A stretch of 62,883 nt of DNA, filler included, from Choristocarpus tenellus KU-1152 (GCA_964200185.2; 9 parts of 9 records of this genome joined end to end with filler, not necessarily neighbours in it); one strand, 5' to 3'. Shown: positions 1 through 12,595, counted from the whole stretch's first letter. Notes: a model not told the origin generated them from the letters alone. Made by a program: numbers and translations.

Positions 1-952
1 CATTACGAAGAGGAGCGGACGCCCCTACAATACGCTACATATTAAGCGGGACTAAACATTCGGATCGGCAACCGACCACCCCAAACCCCGTTAATGGTAG
101 GTGCTGTAGCCAGCCTCCACATTTACAACTCACTATCTACTCCAAGATACAAAAAGTAGATTCACGAACTAACTCTTCAAAATCCCCCAGGTTCTAGGCA
201 GCCATTCCACCAAGAAAGCTTAAAAGAACGGCGGGCATTTCCAGGTCTAAGGACCGGGAGGGATGGGACTATACGGCATTTTGAGGAACTGAATGGGCTT
301 TGTGAGATTGCCCCACCGTCGTTAAAGCACACTCGGACACCTCGAAAATGGGTCGAGGATTCTGTTGATGAATCAAAGTACGAAGGTCTCACTCCAACAA
401 GCCCCAGCAGTGTTGGGAGAAGTGCCTCGGTTTGTAAGAGTTTCTCCAATAAGAAAGAACCTGCGACACCATCAAAGGAGAGTCAGGTGAAGTTTCCCTC
501 TTCGGATATTGCCCCAGCCGCGTTCTTGCCAGCATCAATGGGCCAGCAGTCTTCACAGAGGAGTGTGGAGGTACCAACTCCTCCGAGTCCCAGCTCACCA
601 TGCAGTAACATCACCACACTCAAGACGTCTCCTCACTACAGCCTCCTAAATCGTTTCCGGAAGGACATGGCTGCACGTGGAATTGCGGCTCATGTAAGAG
701 TCTCCCCTTTTCTATTCATTATAAAAAGTCTTCCAAAGATTATGATAGTATAGATAGTTGTAGCTGTAGCAACTAATATACTCAAAGGTGTGTAGATGTT
801 TAAAACTATTAACAGCCCCCCCCCCCTCCCTTACTATGATCTGCTACCTTAACTCTAGTCATTTTGGCAAAGACTGAGGTGGTTGGCCGTCGAACCGATT
901 TGTTTCTTGGTTGCTGACATGACCCTCTGGTCCTTAATCCGTCGGCTACAAT

Positions 953-1209
953 GAGTCAAAGTATCTTAGAGGGTAGAGCCGCGTCCGTTTGGGGCCCAAA
1001 AATCCAGTGTTGTGATTTTGATGTAATTTTGACAAATGTGCTTGTTAGGAGACGTCAATATCCTTGTTCCCGACACACCTTTTCATAACGTGTATACATA
1101 ATACTTTAAAACATTTCGGAGTAGGTATAGTGTCATGAAAAAAACGTGGGAAGCTAAGCCCCAAATGGACAAACAGGGAAAACCTTATACCTCTAAGATA
1201 CTTTCACTC
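953..1209 (+). mobile_element. MITE family A, copy 1
   Basis: Terminal inverted repeats GAGTCAAAGTATCTTAGAGGGTA ... TACCTCTAAGATACTTTCACTC, flanked by AAT/AAT. The internal sequence is shared with nine other copies in the window. Confidence 0.9.
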
Positions 1210-2420
1210 AATGTTGAGGTTTTCTTATTCCCCCCAAGAAACACTTTGCGCTGTCACATACCCTCACGTATTGAGACCCTACCTACCTACCTGTAGTCCT
1301 AATACACACTAGGCTGATTGGCTCAAAATATGATTTGATATTAGGAAGCCTGGAATGGCCTTGGCTCAGGGGATACATTAATCACGTATTCGTATAATCT
1401 TATCGCCAGAATATACAGAAATAGTTGTTGCAGAATGTGACTATTGCTCTGTAGCGGTTGGCGTAGCCCTGGTCTGGGATCACTCGATCATTGTCTCTTT
1501 TCAACCCAAGTGTACACCGAAGATAATGATGATTTCCTTGGTAGGGAATTTTGATTCACCATTGTAAAATCCAAACATATAGGTCAACCTTCTCAGTGTC
1601 TCTCAGTATTTTTATCTTTTCATGGGTTTATTTGACCTCAGCAAGGCACAGATAGCCCTGTCCTTCTTGGTGGTGACTGACGATGCCACCTCCTACCTCC
1701 TCTTGACATTATCTCGAGCTATCCTGCCACAATTTCTTCTGCATACCATCTTTTCAGATTTAGTTCAAAGATTTTGCCATACAAATCAACCAAAGAGACG
1801 TGATAGAGGGGGAAAGATGGATTCAAAAACCGCTCTTAGTTCTGCGTTAAGACTTGGTGCTGGGGGAGGCTGCGTGGTCAGCACATCCCATTGGCTGAAC
1901 ATGACATACAGTCCATATTCAATTTTTTGTATTTTTTTTATGTTTCTTACCTCTCATTCTTGGTGACCTGGATATTGCTTACCTAAGCACTTGTAAGACC
2001 AACAGAAGATTAGATGTAACTGCCGTGTCTGAGCAGTTCAGTCTGTACAGTGGTGCTCTCTTACCTGGCACTCGCCACGTATCGTATTGATGTAGAATGT
2101 TGGAATCGGCATATCATATCATGGAGTAGGAGTACAAAGAAGGTACACCTTTTATTTCAAACACAGATCACTGCGTTAGAAGAGTCAGAGATACACTCTG
2201 TCAGTGGAGACTGCGGCTCCCCAACTCCTACGGAGAGATTCTTGTCCAAGTTCGAACCAAGATTCACCTTAAGAAGAACCACGATAAAATAAAAAACGAG
2301 AAGCGCTCTCTCTGTCCGGCGGCGACCTTTCTTTTTTTTTCTTTTTTTTTAAAAACAAACCGAAATTTGTGTGTTCCTTAAGCACAAGCACGCGAGTGAC
2401 TGCATGCCCCGGTGCCTACC

Positions 2421-2477
2421 CATCGTGTACATCGTGTACATCGTGTACATCGTGTACATCGTGTACATCGTGTACAT
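2421..2477. repeat. 9-bp tandem repeat (CATCGTGTA)x6
   Basis: Read directly. It produces the IVYIVY and HRVHRV low-complexity ORFs. Confidence 0.95.
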
Positions 2478-2546
2478 CCCGACGCCTACTTTCCTGACTG
2501 TTACAAGACTTTGTTTGAACTCTTCCTATCTGTGTATCACATACAG

Positions 2547-2690
2547 ATCATTGCTCCTGGGTGGAAGGGGAAGTTCTTCAAGCCTCGAGACATACGCCTG
2601 TTTGTGACTGACGAGGAGGCAGAGTCGAGGATAAAGTGGAAGTACTATACGGGCTCGGAGGGTCGCACGCTTGGACCAGAGGACCGAAAG
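2547..2690 (+). CDS. Probable internal exon, PH-domain-like (IIAPGWKGKFFKPRDIRLFVTDEEAESRIKWKYYTGSEGRTLGPEDRK)
   Basis: CAG acceptor at 2544-2546, GT donor at 2691, 144 nt open in phase 0. The K.R..FV...YY...KG.I pattern resembles PH strands 1-4 (judged by eye). Confidence 0.45.
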
Positions 2691-2975
2691 GTGGGCTGTC
2701 TAGTGTGGTGCTGGGGGATCTTGACTGCCACGCTTTGCCTTCTTTGCATTTCTGCTTCTGCTTGAGTAATTCAGGGAGGAAAAACAGATGGTTATTGCTG
2801 GAAGACGAGATGGCGCAGAGGAATTGGACTTGTGGAGGGGGCAGATGAAAGGTCTTGGGGCTGAGGAGAGGGGTGGTAGGAGGAGCGGCTGGGTGTATGC
2901 ATGGCACCCCACCGGCCAAGTGTGAAATCTGTTTTTGTCACTCCTACTGCTTGATGAATCTTATGGGTTGAGTCA

Positions 2976-3241
2976 GAGCCAAAGTATCTTAGAGAGGGTA
3001 GAGCCGCGTCCAAATTGGGGACAAAATCCAATGTTGCGATTTTGATGTAACTTTGGCTATTGCATTTGTTAGGAAGTACCAGTATCGACACATCTTTTCA
3101 TAACGTATACATTTTGCTCTTACTCCTAAACATTTTGGAGTAGGAGCAAAATGTGATTTAAAAAAAAAAACCCATGGGAAGCCAAGCCCCCGAATTTTGA
3201 CAAACAGGGCAAAACTCGTACCCTCTAAGATACTTTCACTC
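2976..3241 (+). mobile_element. MITE family A, copy 2
   Basis: GAGCCAAAGTATCTTAGAGAGGGTA ... TACCCTCTAAGATACTTTCACTC. No clean TSD. Confidence 0.9.
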
Positions 3242-3298
3242 TAACTCAGTTGTATTGATCTTTTCCCCTGCTGTGCACATGTACCTGCTGTCAACCAG

Positions 3299-3352
3299 GG
3301 GTTGATTTGGTATCGAACAGTTCTTAGCACAACAGGAGATTGTACCGCAGCC
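3299..3352 (+). CDS. Possible next exon of the PH-like gene (GLIWYRTVLSTTGDCTAA)
   Basis: Pyrimidine tract plus CAG acceptor, GTATGT donor at 3353, phase-compatible with 2547-2690. Confidence 0.3.
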
Positions 3353-3727
3353 GTATGTAGTTGCTCCGGAGTCATTTGATTGGTCGCTGGTTCACATGTC
3401 ATTAGCCACTTACACGCTCCCATCCCAACCAAGTCGGCACTTCAGCAGCATGCCTTTCAATTCGTATGTTTTGCCTTGGACTACCCTTAGCAGGTGGAGA
3501 TTTTGCTGTTGCTATTGTTGGCCTGTGGTTGTGTGTGCGTGTTTTTGTGTTGGGAGATCGAAATGGGATTGAAATCCATGACATGCACCACCAAAGATTA
3601 AAATATTTTTTTGGCAGGCTGCCATCCTCTTTTTTTTTTTTTTAAATAACCGGTCTATTTTTAGTGAACGGTAACGATTAATTTTTCTTTTCACTCTCCT
3701 TTTCTCATTTTGATCCAGAAATTCTAT

Positions 3728-3990
3728 TTATATATATATACATACATATACTCTGGAGTAGTATTAGCATTTAAAAAAAAACATTTTATATATACATACA
3801 TATACTCTGGAGTATTATTAACATTTTTTAAAAAACATTTTATATATACATACATATACTCTGGAGTAGTATTAGCATTTAAAAAAAAAACATTTTATAT
3901 ATACATACATATACTCTGGAGTAGTATTAGCATTTTTTAAAAAACATTTTATATATACATACATATACTCTGGAGTATTATTAACATTTT
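3728..3990. repeat. AT-rich minisatellite, ~54-55 bp unit x5
   Basis: CATACATATACTCTGGAGTA recurs, with CTCTGGAG at about 3751, 3805, 3859, 3914 and 3968. Confidence 0.95.
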
Positions 3991-4019
3991 TTTTTTTTTT
4001 TTTTTATTTGTGACACTGG

Positions 4020-4210
4020 GGTTCGAAGTATCGGGGGAGGGGGCGGCGGCTGTCCATTTAGGGTCAATTTTTTCATGTCACGATCTTTGGGTGATTTGGT
4101 TTTATACATTGAATGGATAATATAGGTGCACTTTTCCTGGTTTTGGCCCAAATGGACACCCTGGTGAAGGCCCCCCTCCCCCCCCCCCCCCCCCCCCCCC
4201 ACACCACCCC
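4020..4210 (+). mobile_element. MITE family C (poly-G/poly-C subterminal), near-complete copy
   Basis: GGTTCGAAGTATCGGGGG..GGCGGCTGTCCATTT...CCCAAATGGACA..poly-C. Colinear with 44605-44814. Confidence 0.85.
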
Positions 4211-4256
4211 CTCGTCCTCCTGTGCTTTTTTTTTTCTCCCATTTTATTTGTTGGAT

Positions 4257-4356
4257 NNNNNNNNNNNNNNNNNNNNNNNNNNNNNNNNNNNNNNNNNNNN
4301 TTAATTAATTAANNNNNNNNNNNNNNNNNNNNNNNNNNNNNNNNNNNNNNNNNNNN
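4257..4356. other. Artificial contig spacer N44-TTAATTAATTAA-N44 (also 8628-8727, 12727-12826, 18381-18480, 27232-27331, 44505-44604, 51044-51143, 55283-55382)
   Basis: The identical 100-nt block occurs eight times, and the 12-mer gives stops in all six frames. Confidence 0.99.
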
Positions 4357-7095
4357 GTATTTCAGCGGGTTTGCACGCCATACATCACTGGCCGGTGAAT
4401 AACCTTGAAGGCGAAGCCGGTACAAATAATTGTGGGTGGTTTTTCTTCCTACTCCACGTTTATGATCAACAATGCCCTCTACATTGTAAGATCCAATAGT
4501 TGGTTGTGCCTTTGACCCCTGATCAAGGTCCGGTTCAGGTAAAATCCGGCCTAAAAAGAGTGAATTAAGGGCATCTATATCTGGCTCTGCAGCTCTACCC
4601 TCTTTGTAAGGTTTAAGTCTGGTCAGATGAACTGTCACTTCCCGTCGATCTTCCAAGCGTTTTACGCGATAGGTGTTATACGTGCCTTCACTTCATAAGG
4701 TCCTCTCCATGGGGACAACAACTTGGGGGTTTGATGCATCAGCTGACGTATATGGTTTGTGAAGCCACACTTTATCTCCGGGTTCGTATAGTGGGAGTTT
4801 ATAGTTAACGTTCTTTGATTCGTTTCTTAAAGCCATCTCACCAATATTACGCCGGGCTAATTCATAGGCTAGCTGTAAATTCTTCACTGTTTTCACACTG
4901 TATTCTTGTGCAGTTATGGGGGTGGCCTCAGGGAGCCCCAAAATAATATCAATTGGGAAAATTGGGTGCCTCCCAAATATGAGAAAAAATGGGGTTTCTT
5001 GAACAGTGGAATTATAGGCTGTATTATGTGCTAGCTGGACAAAGGGTAATAATGAGGCCCAGTCAGATTGGTCCATATTTGAATACATGGCCAGCGTACC
5101 ATGTATTGTGGAGTGAATTCGTTCACATATACTATTGCCTTGCTTGGTCAGAGTGGAGTGTTTCAGGAGGACCAAAGATGGAAAAAATACGGTCGACGAG
5201 AGCTTTAGCCACAGTTTTTTTCTTGCTTATTTGCAATACCAACCAAGATTGCGAATCTTGTAAGATGGTCTATAGCGGATAGCACATATTTAGCACCGTC
5301 TGACGTGGTCTTATATTTAACTAGGTCAATAGCAAGTCGTTGAAATGGACGCGTGACAGGCATGTCCTGTCGGTAATGGGTTTAGAGTGTGCGAGGTCTT
5401 ACGCCTTTAACAGGACTGGCAAGATTCACATCACTCCCTCACGTCTTTATGTAAGGTTGGCCACCAAAATCTATCACGAACTCAGTAGAGTAAAAGTCAA
5501 TTTTCTCGTTCTTGAGTGAAAAGATATGACATGGTATAGACCGTTTCCTTATTGGGCAATGCTGTATTGTTGGGGTCTGCCGGGTATTGAAAATAAAGCT
5601 TCATATTGCTCATGTTGGGCCTTGGCTAGAACCTCCGTATCAATTACAGGAAACACATTGATGGAGCTTGCAAAGAGCTCAGAGTCATTTGCCACTTTAG
5701 TGATTTCACCTAGTCGATCCACAGACAATTCATAGGCAGGGTATACTTTGCTTGAGAACTTGCATCAGTGGTTTTTGTACCCACATTTCGACATATAGGA
5801 CATAGGGGTGCTGGTTCAGATTGATGTTTACAAAATTCTTCCAGTTGAGGTTGTGACAACATATATGGGATGTAATGTAATCTACCAGGCTTATGAAGGA
5901 TGGTAAAATCAAAACTTTGCAAAGCTAAGGCCCATCGAGTTAACAGATTGGACGTATCTTGCATTGTATGCAGCCACCGTAAGGCTGAATGATCATTAAT
6001 AACAGTGAAGTATTCACCCCAAATATATGGTCTCCAATGTTGTATTGCCAGAATAACTGCAAGGCACTCTTTTTGTGTGGTAGAATATTTACGTTGGGAG
6101 GGGGAAAGTAAGGCACTATGGTATGCAATTATATCAAAATGGTCTTCTTCATTTTTATATGCTAAGAAACGCCCCTGTCCCAACATTGCTGGCATCTACA
6201 CGAATAAAAAATTCCTTAGAAAAATCAGGAAAGTGTAGCACTGGAGCCTTAGATAACAGTCGTTTGCATTCGTCAAAAGCAGTCTGCTGTGGTCGATTCC
6301 ATCTAGATGAGATATCCTTGTGGTCTTTCTTTGCTCGTTTTACTGAGGTGGTCTCTTTGTGTGACTTTCCTTTCTGTGTATGGCGAATCAATTAAACCAA
6401 CGGTTATGTTGTTGCAGTTGCTAGGTGGGGAATATACTTCCTAACAAAATTCATTGAACCTAAAAACGATTGCAAGCCTTTCATAGTTTGAGGAGGATGC
6501 ATCTCTAGTATAGCTTCAGCACGAGCTTGGGATACAGCAATTCCTTGTGGGCTAACATCATGTCCCAAATAATGGATTTGTTTTGAGTCAAATTAAGCCT
6601 TGGGCGGCTTTAACGTAGTCCCTACATCTTGTAGCATTGACAAAACTGTAGTGATCAACTGTTTTTGGTGTGTCCATGATGGAGAGGCTAAAACAATATC
6701 GTCTAAATATACCAACAACCCTGAGCTAGGACCGATACTGGAAAATGTTTCAGACATAAAGTGTTGGAAGATCCATGGTGCATTTTGTACTCCTAATGGT
6801 AACCTCTGAAACTCATATTTCCTGTCCGGTGTGACGAAGGCAGTTTTTTGTCGTTCGCATTGTCAGTTATCGGTAGTTGCCAGTAGGCTGATTGAATATC
6901 TAAACAAGATAAATATTTTGAACCCCCCCCCCAACGTGGATAAGCCCTCATCCATGGATGGCAAAGGCCATGAATTACGTATCAGATGTTTATTTATGGT
7001 TCCTCTAAAATCCACACAGAATCGAGGTGATCCATCTGGTTTGGCAACAATAGTAGTAGGAGGGGATGCCCATGGGCTAGATGAGGGTTTTATAA
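4357..7095 (-). mobile_element. Degenerate Ty3/gypsy LTR retrotransposon pol (RT-RNaseH-integrase-chromodomain; chromovirus-like)
   Basis: Minus-strand motifs in gypsy order: PSSSPWASP..KPDGSPRFCVDFR, VYLDDIV (~6700), FIRVDASNVG and YSTTQKECLAV..WRPYIWG..NDHSAL (RNase H), FWWPTLHKDV, GNSICER..DWASLLPFVQLAHN..TPFFLIFGR (integrase), YNVEGIVDHK..YRLRLQGYSPASDVW (chromodomain). Many frameshifts and stops. Confidence 0.95.
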
Positions 7096-7464
7096 ACATA
7101 ATATAAACAGGTAAAACAATTTTGTAATTTAGGTAAACAACTAATATACCCCCCAAACAGAAACGGTCCCCGTATCACAGAATATCCACCCTATTGCATC
7201 CTGTTGTTGTGAGTCAGAGGTTGGATGAATTGGCTTGTGCCAGATTTTGATCAATTCGAAAACCTCTAATTCAAATTTGTGGGAGTGAATTATTTGGTAC
7301 AAATTGTGACTAAAGTCCTTTTTTTGTTATAGTTTTTTTATAGAAGTTTTTGAAGGGTAGGAGAATGAAAGATTAGAAGGGAGATAATATCCAACATTTT
7401 TGAGATATCTTCTGGAAATTGCCAAAGAGTAAGTTCTGACTTCAAAACATATTCTATTATATAT

Positions 7465-7560
7465 TATTATGCCCTCTGACAATTTGCAGATGTGTCAGGA
7501 GGAAACCAATGATAACTATGTACATATGTGTATATAAAATATCCTAAACATAAGAATACT
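7465..7560 (-). repeat. Fragment related to repeat family B
   Basis: The reverse complement (CATTGGTTTCCTCCTGACACATCTGCAAATTGTCAGAGGGCATAATAAT) matches 12335-12385. Confidence 0.7.
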
Positions 7561-8527
7561 ATAAGACAATGCGTGGAAACCACTAATCAGTTACTTCAGC
7601 ACTATCAAATATCGTCCTTATCTTCCCATCTACCTATTCCTGTGCCTCTGGGGGGGAGATTCTATTATATATTTGTATTGGAGGTACACTTCACCAAAAC
7701 AGGAAACAACACAACAATATTGTTATTCGATCCTTACATGATTTATCGAAGAAAATATCTTGCTACCTCTCGTACGAGTGGGATATATCACTTTGCGGCT
7801 TAGTTACAGTAGTTGAGAGACCACGAAAGGTAGGGTCGACTAAGTTCTCCGAACTCCACATTTTTTCCTGTTCCATGTCCGAGCAAAGGGGATATGGTCG
7901 CCAAGGAAATGAGATGGACGATTTGGAACTTCCACCCCCCCCCGTGTCGCCTCCCAGGGAGCCTTCTCCATCATCGGCAGAGCCCCCTCCTCCTGGGTGA
8001 GCTTTCCTCCTCCTGAGATGACTTAGCGGAATTATCTAATGCTACTGTCGTAATACGTAGGGTAAATCTCGTTGGACTGGAAATGACCCCGTGCTCCACT
8101 ATTATTCAAAATGGAAGAGCACAATTCCCTCGGTCAACCAAGAATGACTACACTTCTAACCTCTCAACTCTAGATGGAAGAACGTTGATTTGTAGTCAGC
8201 ACCAAACGCACAGGTCGTGGCTAGGAGGAGGTGCTTGTTCGGTTTAGTGCTCAATATCCCACTAACCCCATCGTCTCTTCCCAACCCCACCCTACAGGTA
8301 CGAACCTCCGAATATTGAGCAGGCGAAGGAGTTCCGATTGGAGAACCTACCTCGTCGTTTACCAGACCTAAATCAAAGAACAAAGTACCGGTTGACCCGA
8401 CCGGGAGAGAAGGTTGGTGAAGAGAAATTGTGTGTGATCTCAATTTCAGTTTTTAGAGTCTTTCCTACTTCAGGTGGTTTTGGTCGTTATGTTTAATTTG
8501 GGAGTTGGGAGTACTTAGTGGAAACGA

Positions 8528-8627
8528 GGGTCCAAGTATCTGGGGGGGGGGGGGGGGGGGGTTTTGGGGGGGGGGTGTGTTTGGGAAAAAAAATTTTTTT
8601 AGTTGGGAAGGACACACGTCTAAACCC
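8528..8627 (+). mobile_element. MITE family C end running into a contig break
   Basis: GGGTCCAAGTATCT followed by poly-G. Confidence 0.75.
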
Positions 8628-8727
8628 NNNNNNNNNNNNNNNNNNNNNNNNNNNNNNNNNNNNNNNNNNNNTTAATTAATTAANNNNNNNNNNNNNNNNN
8701 NNNNNNNNNNNNNNNNNNNNNNNNNNN

Positions 8728-8748
8728 CCCCCCCAGATACTTTGACAT
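8728..8748. mobile_element. MITE family C terminus at contig start
   Basis: poly-C-AGATACTTTGAC. Confidence 0.7.
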
Positions 8749-8809
8749 TGAGTGAGCCACAACACCCAATTCGGTTTGGTTGCAACAAGGGGAGTCAATC
8801 CGTTTGAGA

Positions 8810-9190
8810 ACCTATTTCTGCGTGACTGTAAGACATTATTTCTGTGTCTTGTACATACTAGAGTCCATAGTTCTAAAGGGGCAGAGCCTCTCAATGGTAG
8901 CACTCTATTTCTATGATGTTGTGATTTTGTGTGAATGTCTTTATAGTTGTGAAATGGTGGAGTCCTTCTATGGCAGTAACCCTACTTCTACATTATTTCT
9001 ATATTATTGTGAGACATTAGTTTTGTGTGTGTTTGTTCATATATCTACAGTTCTGAGGGAGTGGGAAGTTTGTACGACGATACCATATTTCTTTGTTCGT
9101 GTGATTTTGTCTGAATTTATTTATGTTCATGGTTCTAAAAGGGGAGAGTCCTTTTGTGACAGTGCCCCATTTTGATATGAGAGTGAGACT
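8810..9190. repeat. Diverged tandem repeat, ~180-bp period
   Basis: TATTTCT..TGT.AGACATTA at ~8814 and ~8994; TATTTCT..TGTGATTTTGT.TGAAT at ~8905 and ~9085. Confidence 0.6.
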
Positions 9191-9286
9191 TTGGTGTAGG
9201 AGGTTTTTTCTTGAAGGTCAAATCAAATGCAGAGACAATGCCATGAAGTGGTAGTGTCATGCTAGCATACTTATCATCAGGGCAAA

Positions 9287-9545
9287 GAATCAAATTATCT
9301 TAGAGGGTAGAGCCTTGTTCAAGTGGGGGCCAAGATCCAATGTTGCAATTTTGATGAAATTATAGCTATCATATTTGTTAGGAAATGTCAACATGCTTGT
9401 TTCGGACGCACCGTTTCATAACATATACATTTGACCTACTCCGAAACATTTTTGAGTAGGTAAAATGTCATTAAAAATCCGTGGAAAGCCAAGCCCCAAA
9501 TGGACAAACAGGGAAAAAATCGTACCCTCTAAGATACTTTCACTC
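9287..9545 (+). mobile_element. MITE family A, copy 3
   Basis: Both TIRs present; AAA/AAA flanks. Confidence 0.9.
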
Positions 9546-10724
9546 AAACATTGGATGGGATGTTTTCCCCCAGGTTTTCTCCTCCCACTGTATCCCCAAA
9601 ACTTCCTACAGATACGTTAGGACCTGAGAGTGACGTTTATTTCATTTTTATACTATACGTTAATGGTAGTATACGGTGTGACGTTTTGTTTCCTTGTCCG
9701 ATTGCATGTCTTCGCATTGAAGAAGTCATTCTCCATGCTGAGACATGTCACAGGCGATGGGTCTTAATGGCAGTTTCAGTAACACCATTATGACGTTGAA
9801 GTCCGAGATTTGATATGTTACGCTTCTTGACCATTTTTTTGTCATTGTGAGGCTGTTCGATGTCTATGTCTCAGTTATTTACATCTCTCAACCATGTCAT
9901 CAAGCAAATGATCAAAGTGGAAGATCCAGCATATTCTACCATATTTTTATTATGGTGCCGTCTGCGAATATCATCACCAGCCTACGGACTTGTGGATTGG
10001 AGCTGCATATCCCATCTTCGGAAGCTGTGAGGGCAATTTGTAACATGGCTTCGTACCAATGGGTGCATTCTCACCTTGGGTCTTAGTTATTTTGTATCAA
10101 CCAAATTATGACTTTATCAACACCACATACAAAGAGCAGCATTTATACAAATGTGTGTGAACACATATCTGCTGCCTTGGCAGCAATATATTAGTCATAC
10201 ACGAAAGATGTCGCCATTACTAGTACATAGTACAAATCCAACTAAAATACCGAATGATCAACAATCAGTACGAATATACTATATAATTGGCATAGTGGCA
10301 TCTCGTGGATTAGAGCTACACATAGACTCATACAAAACAAGATGAATGCCTGCACAGAACTCCTATTCTGCACTCTCAAACATGAAACAAAAAGTTGCTG
10401 TAACTCCCACACAAATTTCGTCTGTACACAGAATCTATAAAATCATAAATCAAGATGTTTTAAATACGTGCCTATGTATTAAATACATACGTAAGGTTGA
10501 GCAAATACATATTTTGTTATATCTTACGTTTAAGCGTCTACCCAGGTGTTAGACCTCATGCTTTAGTTATTTTCAAACCTATTGAAGCCAAGTACAAGGG
10601 ATTAGAACGTGCGCGCGGAAGAACGCCTGAATCCAATGCGCTGTATGTACCATATGAAAAAGGGTGATATCTGTAATCTCACCTAATTAACATGTTAGGT
10701 AAAAAAATGGATATGTCTCTCACA

Positions 10725-10935
10725 TGAATCGTATGATTCTGTGGATACATGGTTCACTCAGGCAAGTGTGGTGAAGAGAATCACCGGGCAAGATGGACTA
10801 GAAGGACGAAGAAGACTGTAACCGAGAGGACGAGGTTAAGGACAAGTGCAAGACTGCAAGGACTTGTGCAAGAAATTGTGGAGTGATGAGATTCTTATTA
10901 GAGGGGGTTCATCAGAATGTCAAGACATGACAACA
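10725..10935 (+). repeat. Dispersed repeat E (possible LTR 5' part), copy 1
   Basis: TGAATCGTATGATTCTGTGG..GTTCACTCAG..GTGGTGAAGAGAATCACCGGG..ATTGTGGAGTGATGAGA, shared with 24500-24715. Starts with TG. Confidence 0.7.
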
Positions 10936-11856
10936 AAGAAAATCTTTGATGTTTAGCAACTCTGGGTGAAGAGGGGTCTCTTATCTGTGAGACTGGTGTC
11001 TTGAAAGATCCCACATCTCAGTTATTCGTAAGGTCCTCCACTGGAATCGGGGGATTCCTGACAAGGAAACCTCAATCGATATAACAGTATAATAATAGAC
11101 AAGGCTGCTTTCACAACACCCCCCCTTCTGATCAGCCTTGAAGCCATGTAAACATGATTCAAGGTCAACCAAAAAGTGAGCTCTGGGAGCAGAATGGGAA
11201 ACATGTGTGACTGTTAGTATACTATTGCGCCAGTATATACATAAAAGGAAGTATAAATACATAAACGAGTCATTAATGAATATCTGATCAGGATATCGTA
11301 ACCTTAAGGTTGATGGTATGTGGTCAGGATACCAATCGAGCTTACAAGGTCTGAGAGTATGGGATCAGCATACTAGTCAGAGCCCAAATACAAGGCAAGA
11401 GGTATATATTGCTAGCATATAGGTCTCTTGCATCTTGTATAAACAGAGGATGCTCAAAATGTGGATGCAAGGAGCAAACCTACACGATGTCAATGGACTG
11501 TTTGACTCGCGTTTTGTGATCTGACATTACTATACGGGTGCTATATGATGATTTTGATCAACACTCTGACGCGTGAAAACACAAACGCATGTGTACATGT
11601 CCAGGGGGAAAAGAAGATTACAGGTGTCCCCATACACCTTGGACACGTACGGCAGGAGTCCTGGTATTAGAGTCCTTGGGAGAAATCTTGGTGAAGGTCG
11701 AGTGGCGTACTCTGTTGTAGGCGTTTCTTACGACTAGGCTAATGACCTATTCACCACACTCATTCCTTAGGCGAATGTCCATAAGGACACGCTCCACCTC
11801 GTTTGGGACCCCTACGCCAAATTGTCCCATTCCGCCGAAATATTCCTCCAAGTAGG

Positions 11857-12595
11857 GAGTTAAAGTATCATAAGGTAGAGCCACGTCCGTTTGGGGGCCA
11901 AAATCCAATGTTGCGATTTTTAAGTCATTTAGGTGTTTGCGCAAAATGTAATTCACAATCTAAAAAGTCTTACATGTCATTATATGTCAACATGGTAGTT
12001 TTAATACTGCATGATGGGGTGATATATAAGACTTTTTCGATAATGTAGTTAAATCCCGGCTACGCCAAATTGTCTCAGTAACTACGCAAGTGGCACTGTC
12101 TAGACGTGTCATGCGCTTTAAGCTGGAATCACCATGGAGATGGGCATGGAGGGGTTTATTGGATTCTTGGGATGCCTCCCTAGCTCCTCCCAGGGCAGAG
12201 GTATAGGTAGATTGGAGACACAGGAGGGAAGCAGTACAACATAGCGGTGAAGTAAGAAATAGATTAGATTTTTTCACATTTAGAACGTTATATTTCTTTA
12301 GGGTTTGTACTGACAAGGAGTATAGTGTTATATCACATTGGTTTCCCCCCTGACACATCTGAAAAATGTCAGATGGCATAATAATGCAATGTATTTCATT
12401 TTGCGCAAACAGGTTATTTTAGTTATCGTATTTGTCAGGAAGTATCCTTGTTCTGGGCACACCTTTTCAAAACGAATACATTTTACCTGCTTTGAAATAT
12501 TTCGGAGGAGGAAAATGCAATAAAAAATCTGCGGGAAGTCAAACCCCAAACGGACAAACAGGGCAAAAATCATACCCTCTAAGATAATTTCACTC
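11857..12595 (+). mobile_element. MITE family A, copy 4, split by a nested insertion
   Basis: 5' part at 11857-11934, 3' part at 12411-12595, 4-bp TSD TAGG/TAGG. Confidence 0.9.
11935..12410. mobile_element. Nested non-autonomous TIR element (family B)
   Basis: Perfect 14-bp TIR GTTTGCGCAAAATG/CATTTTGCGCAAAC flanked by AGGT/AGGT. The interior is homologous to 47480-47810 and 7465-7560. Confidence 0.85.

Noticed and set aside
1-760. ORFs of 70-90 aa with faint resemblance to 7780-8450
   Set aside because: No recognisable motif, and the similarity is too weak to support by eye. Possibly decayed retroelement sequence.
2371-2607. IVY/HRV repeat proteins in the ORF track
   Set aside because: These are translations of a 9-bp tandem repeat in probable intron sequence.
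3728-3990. CRISPR-like array
   Set aside because: Units are contiguous with no unique spacers, there are no cas genes, and the context is eukaryotic.
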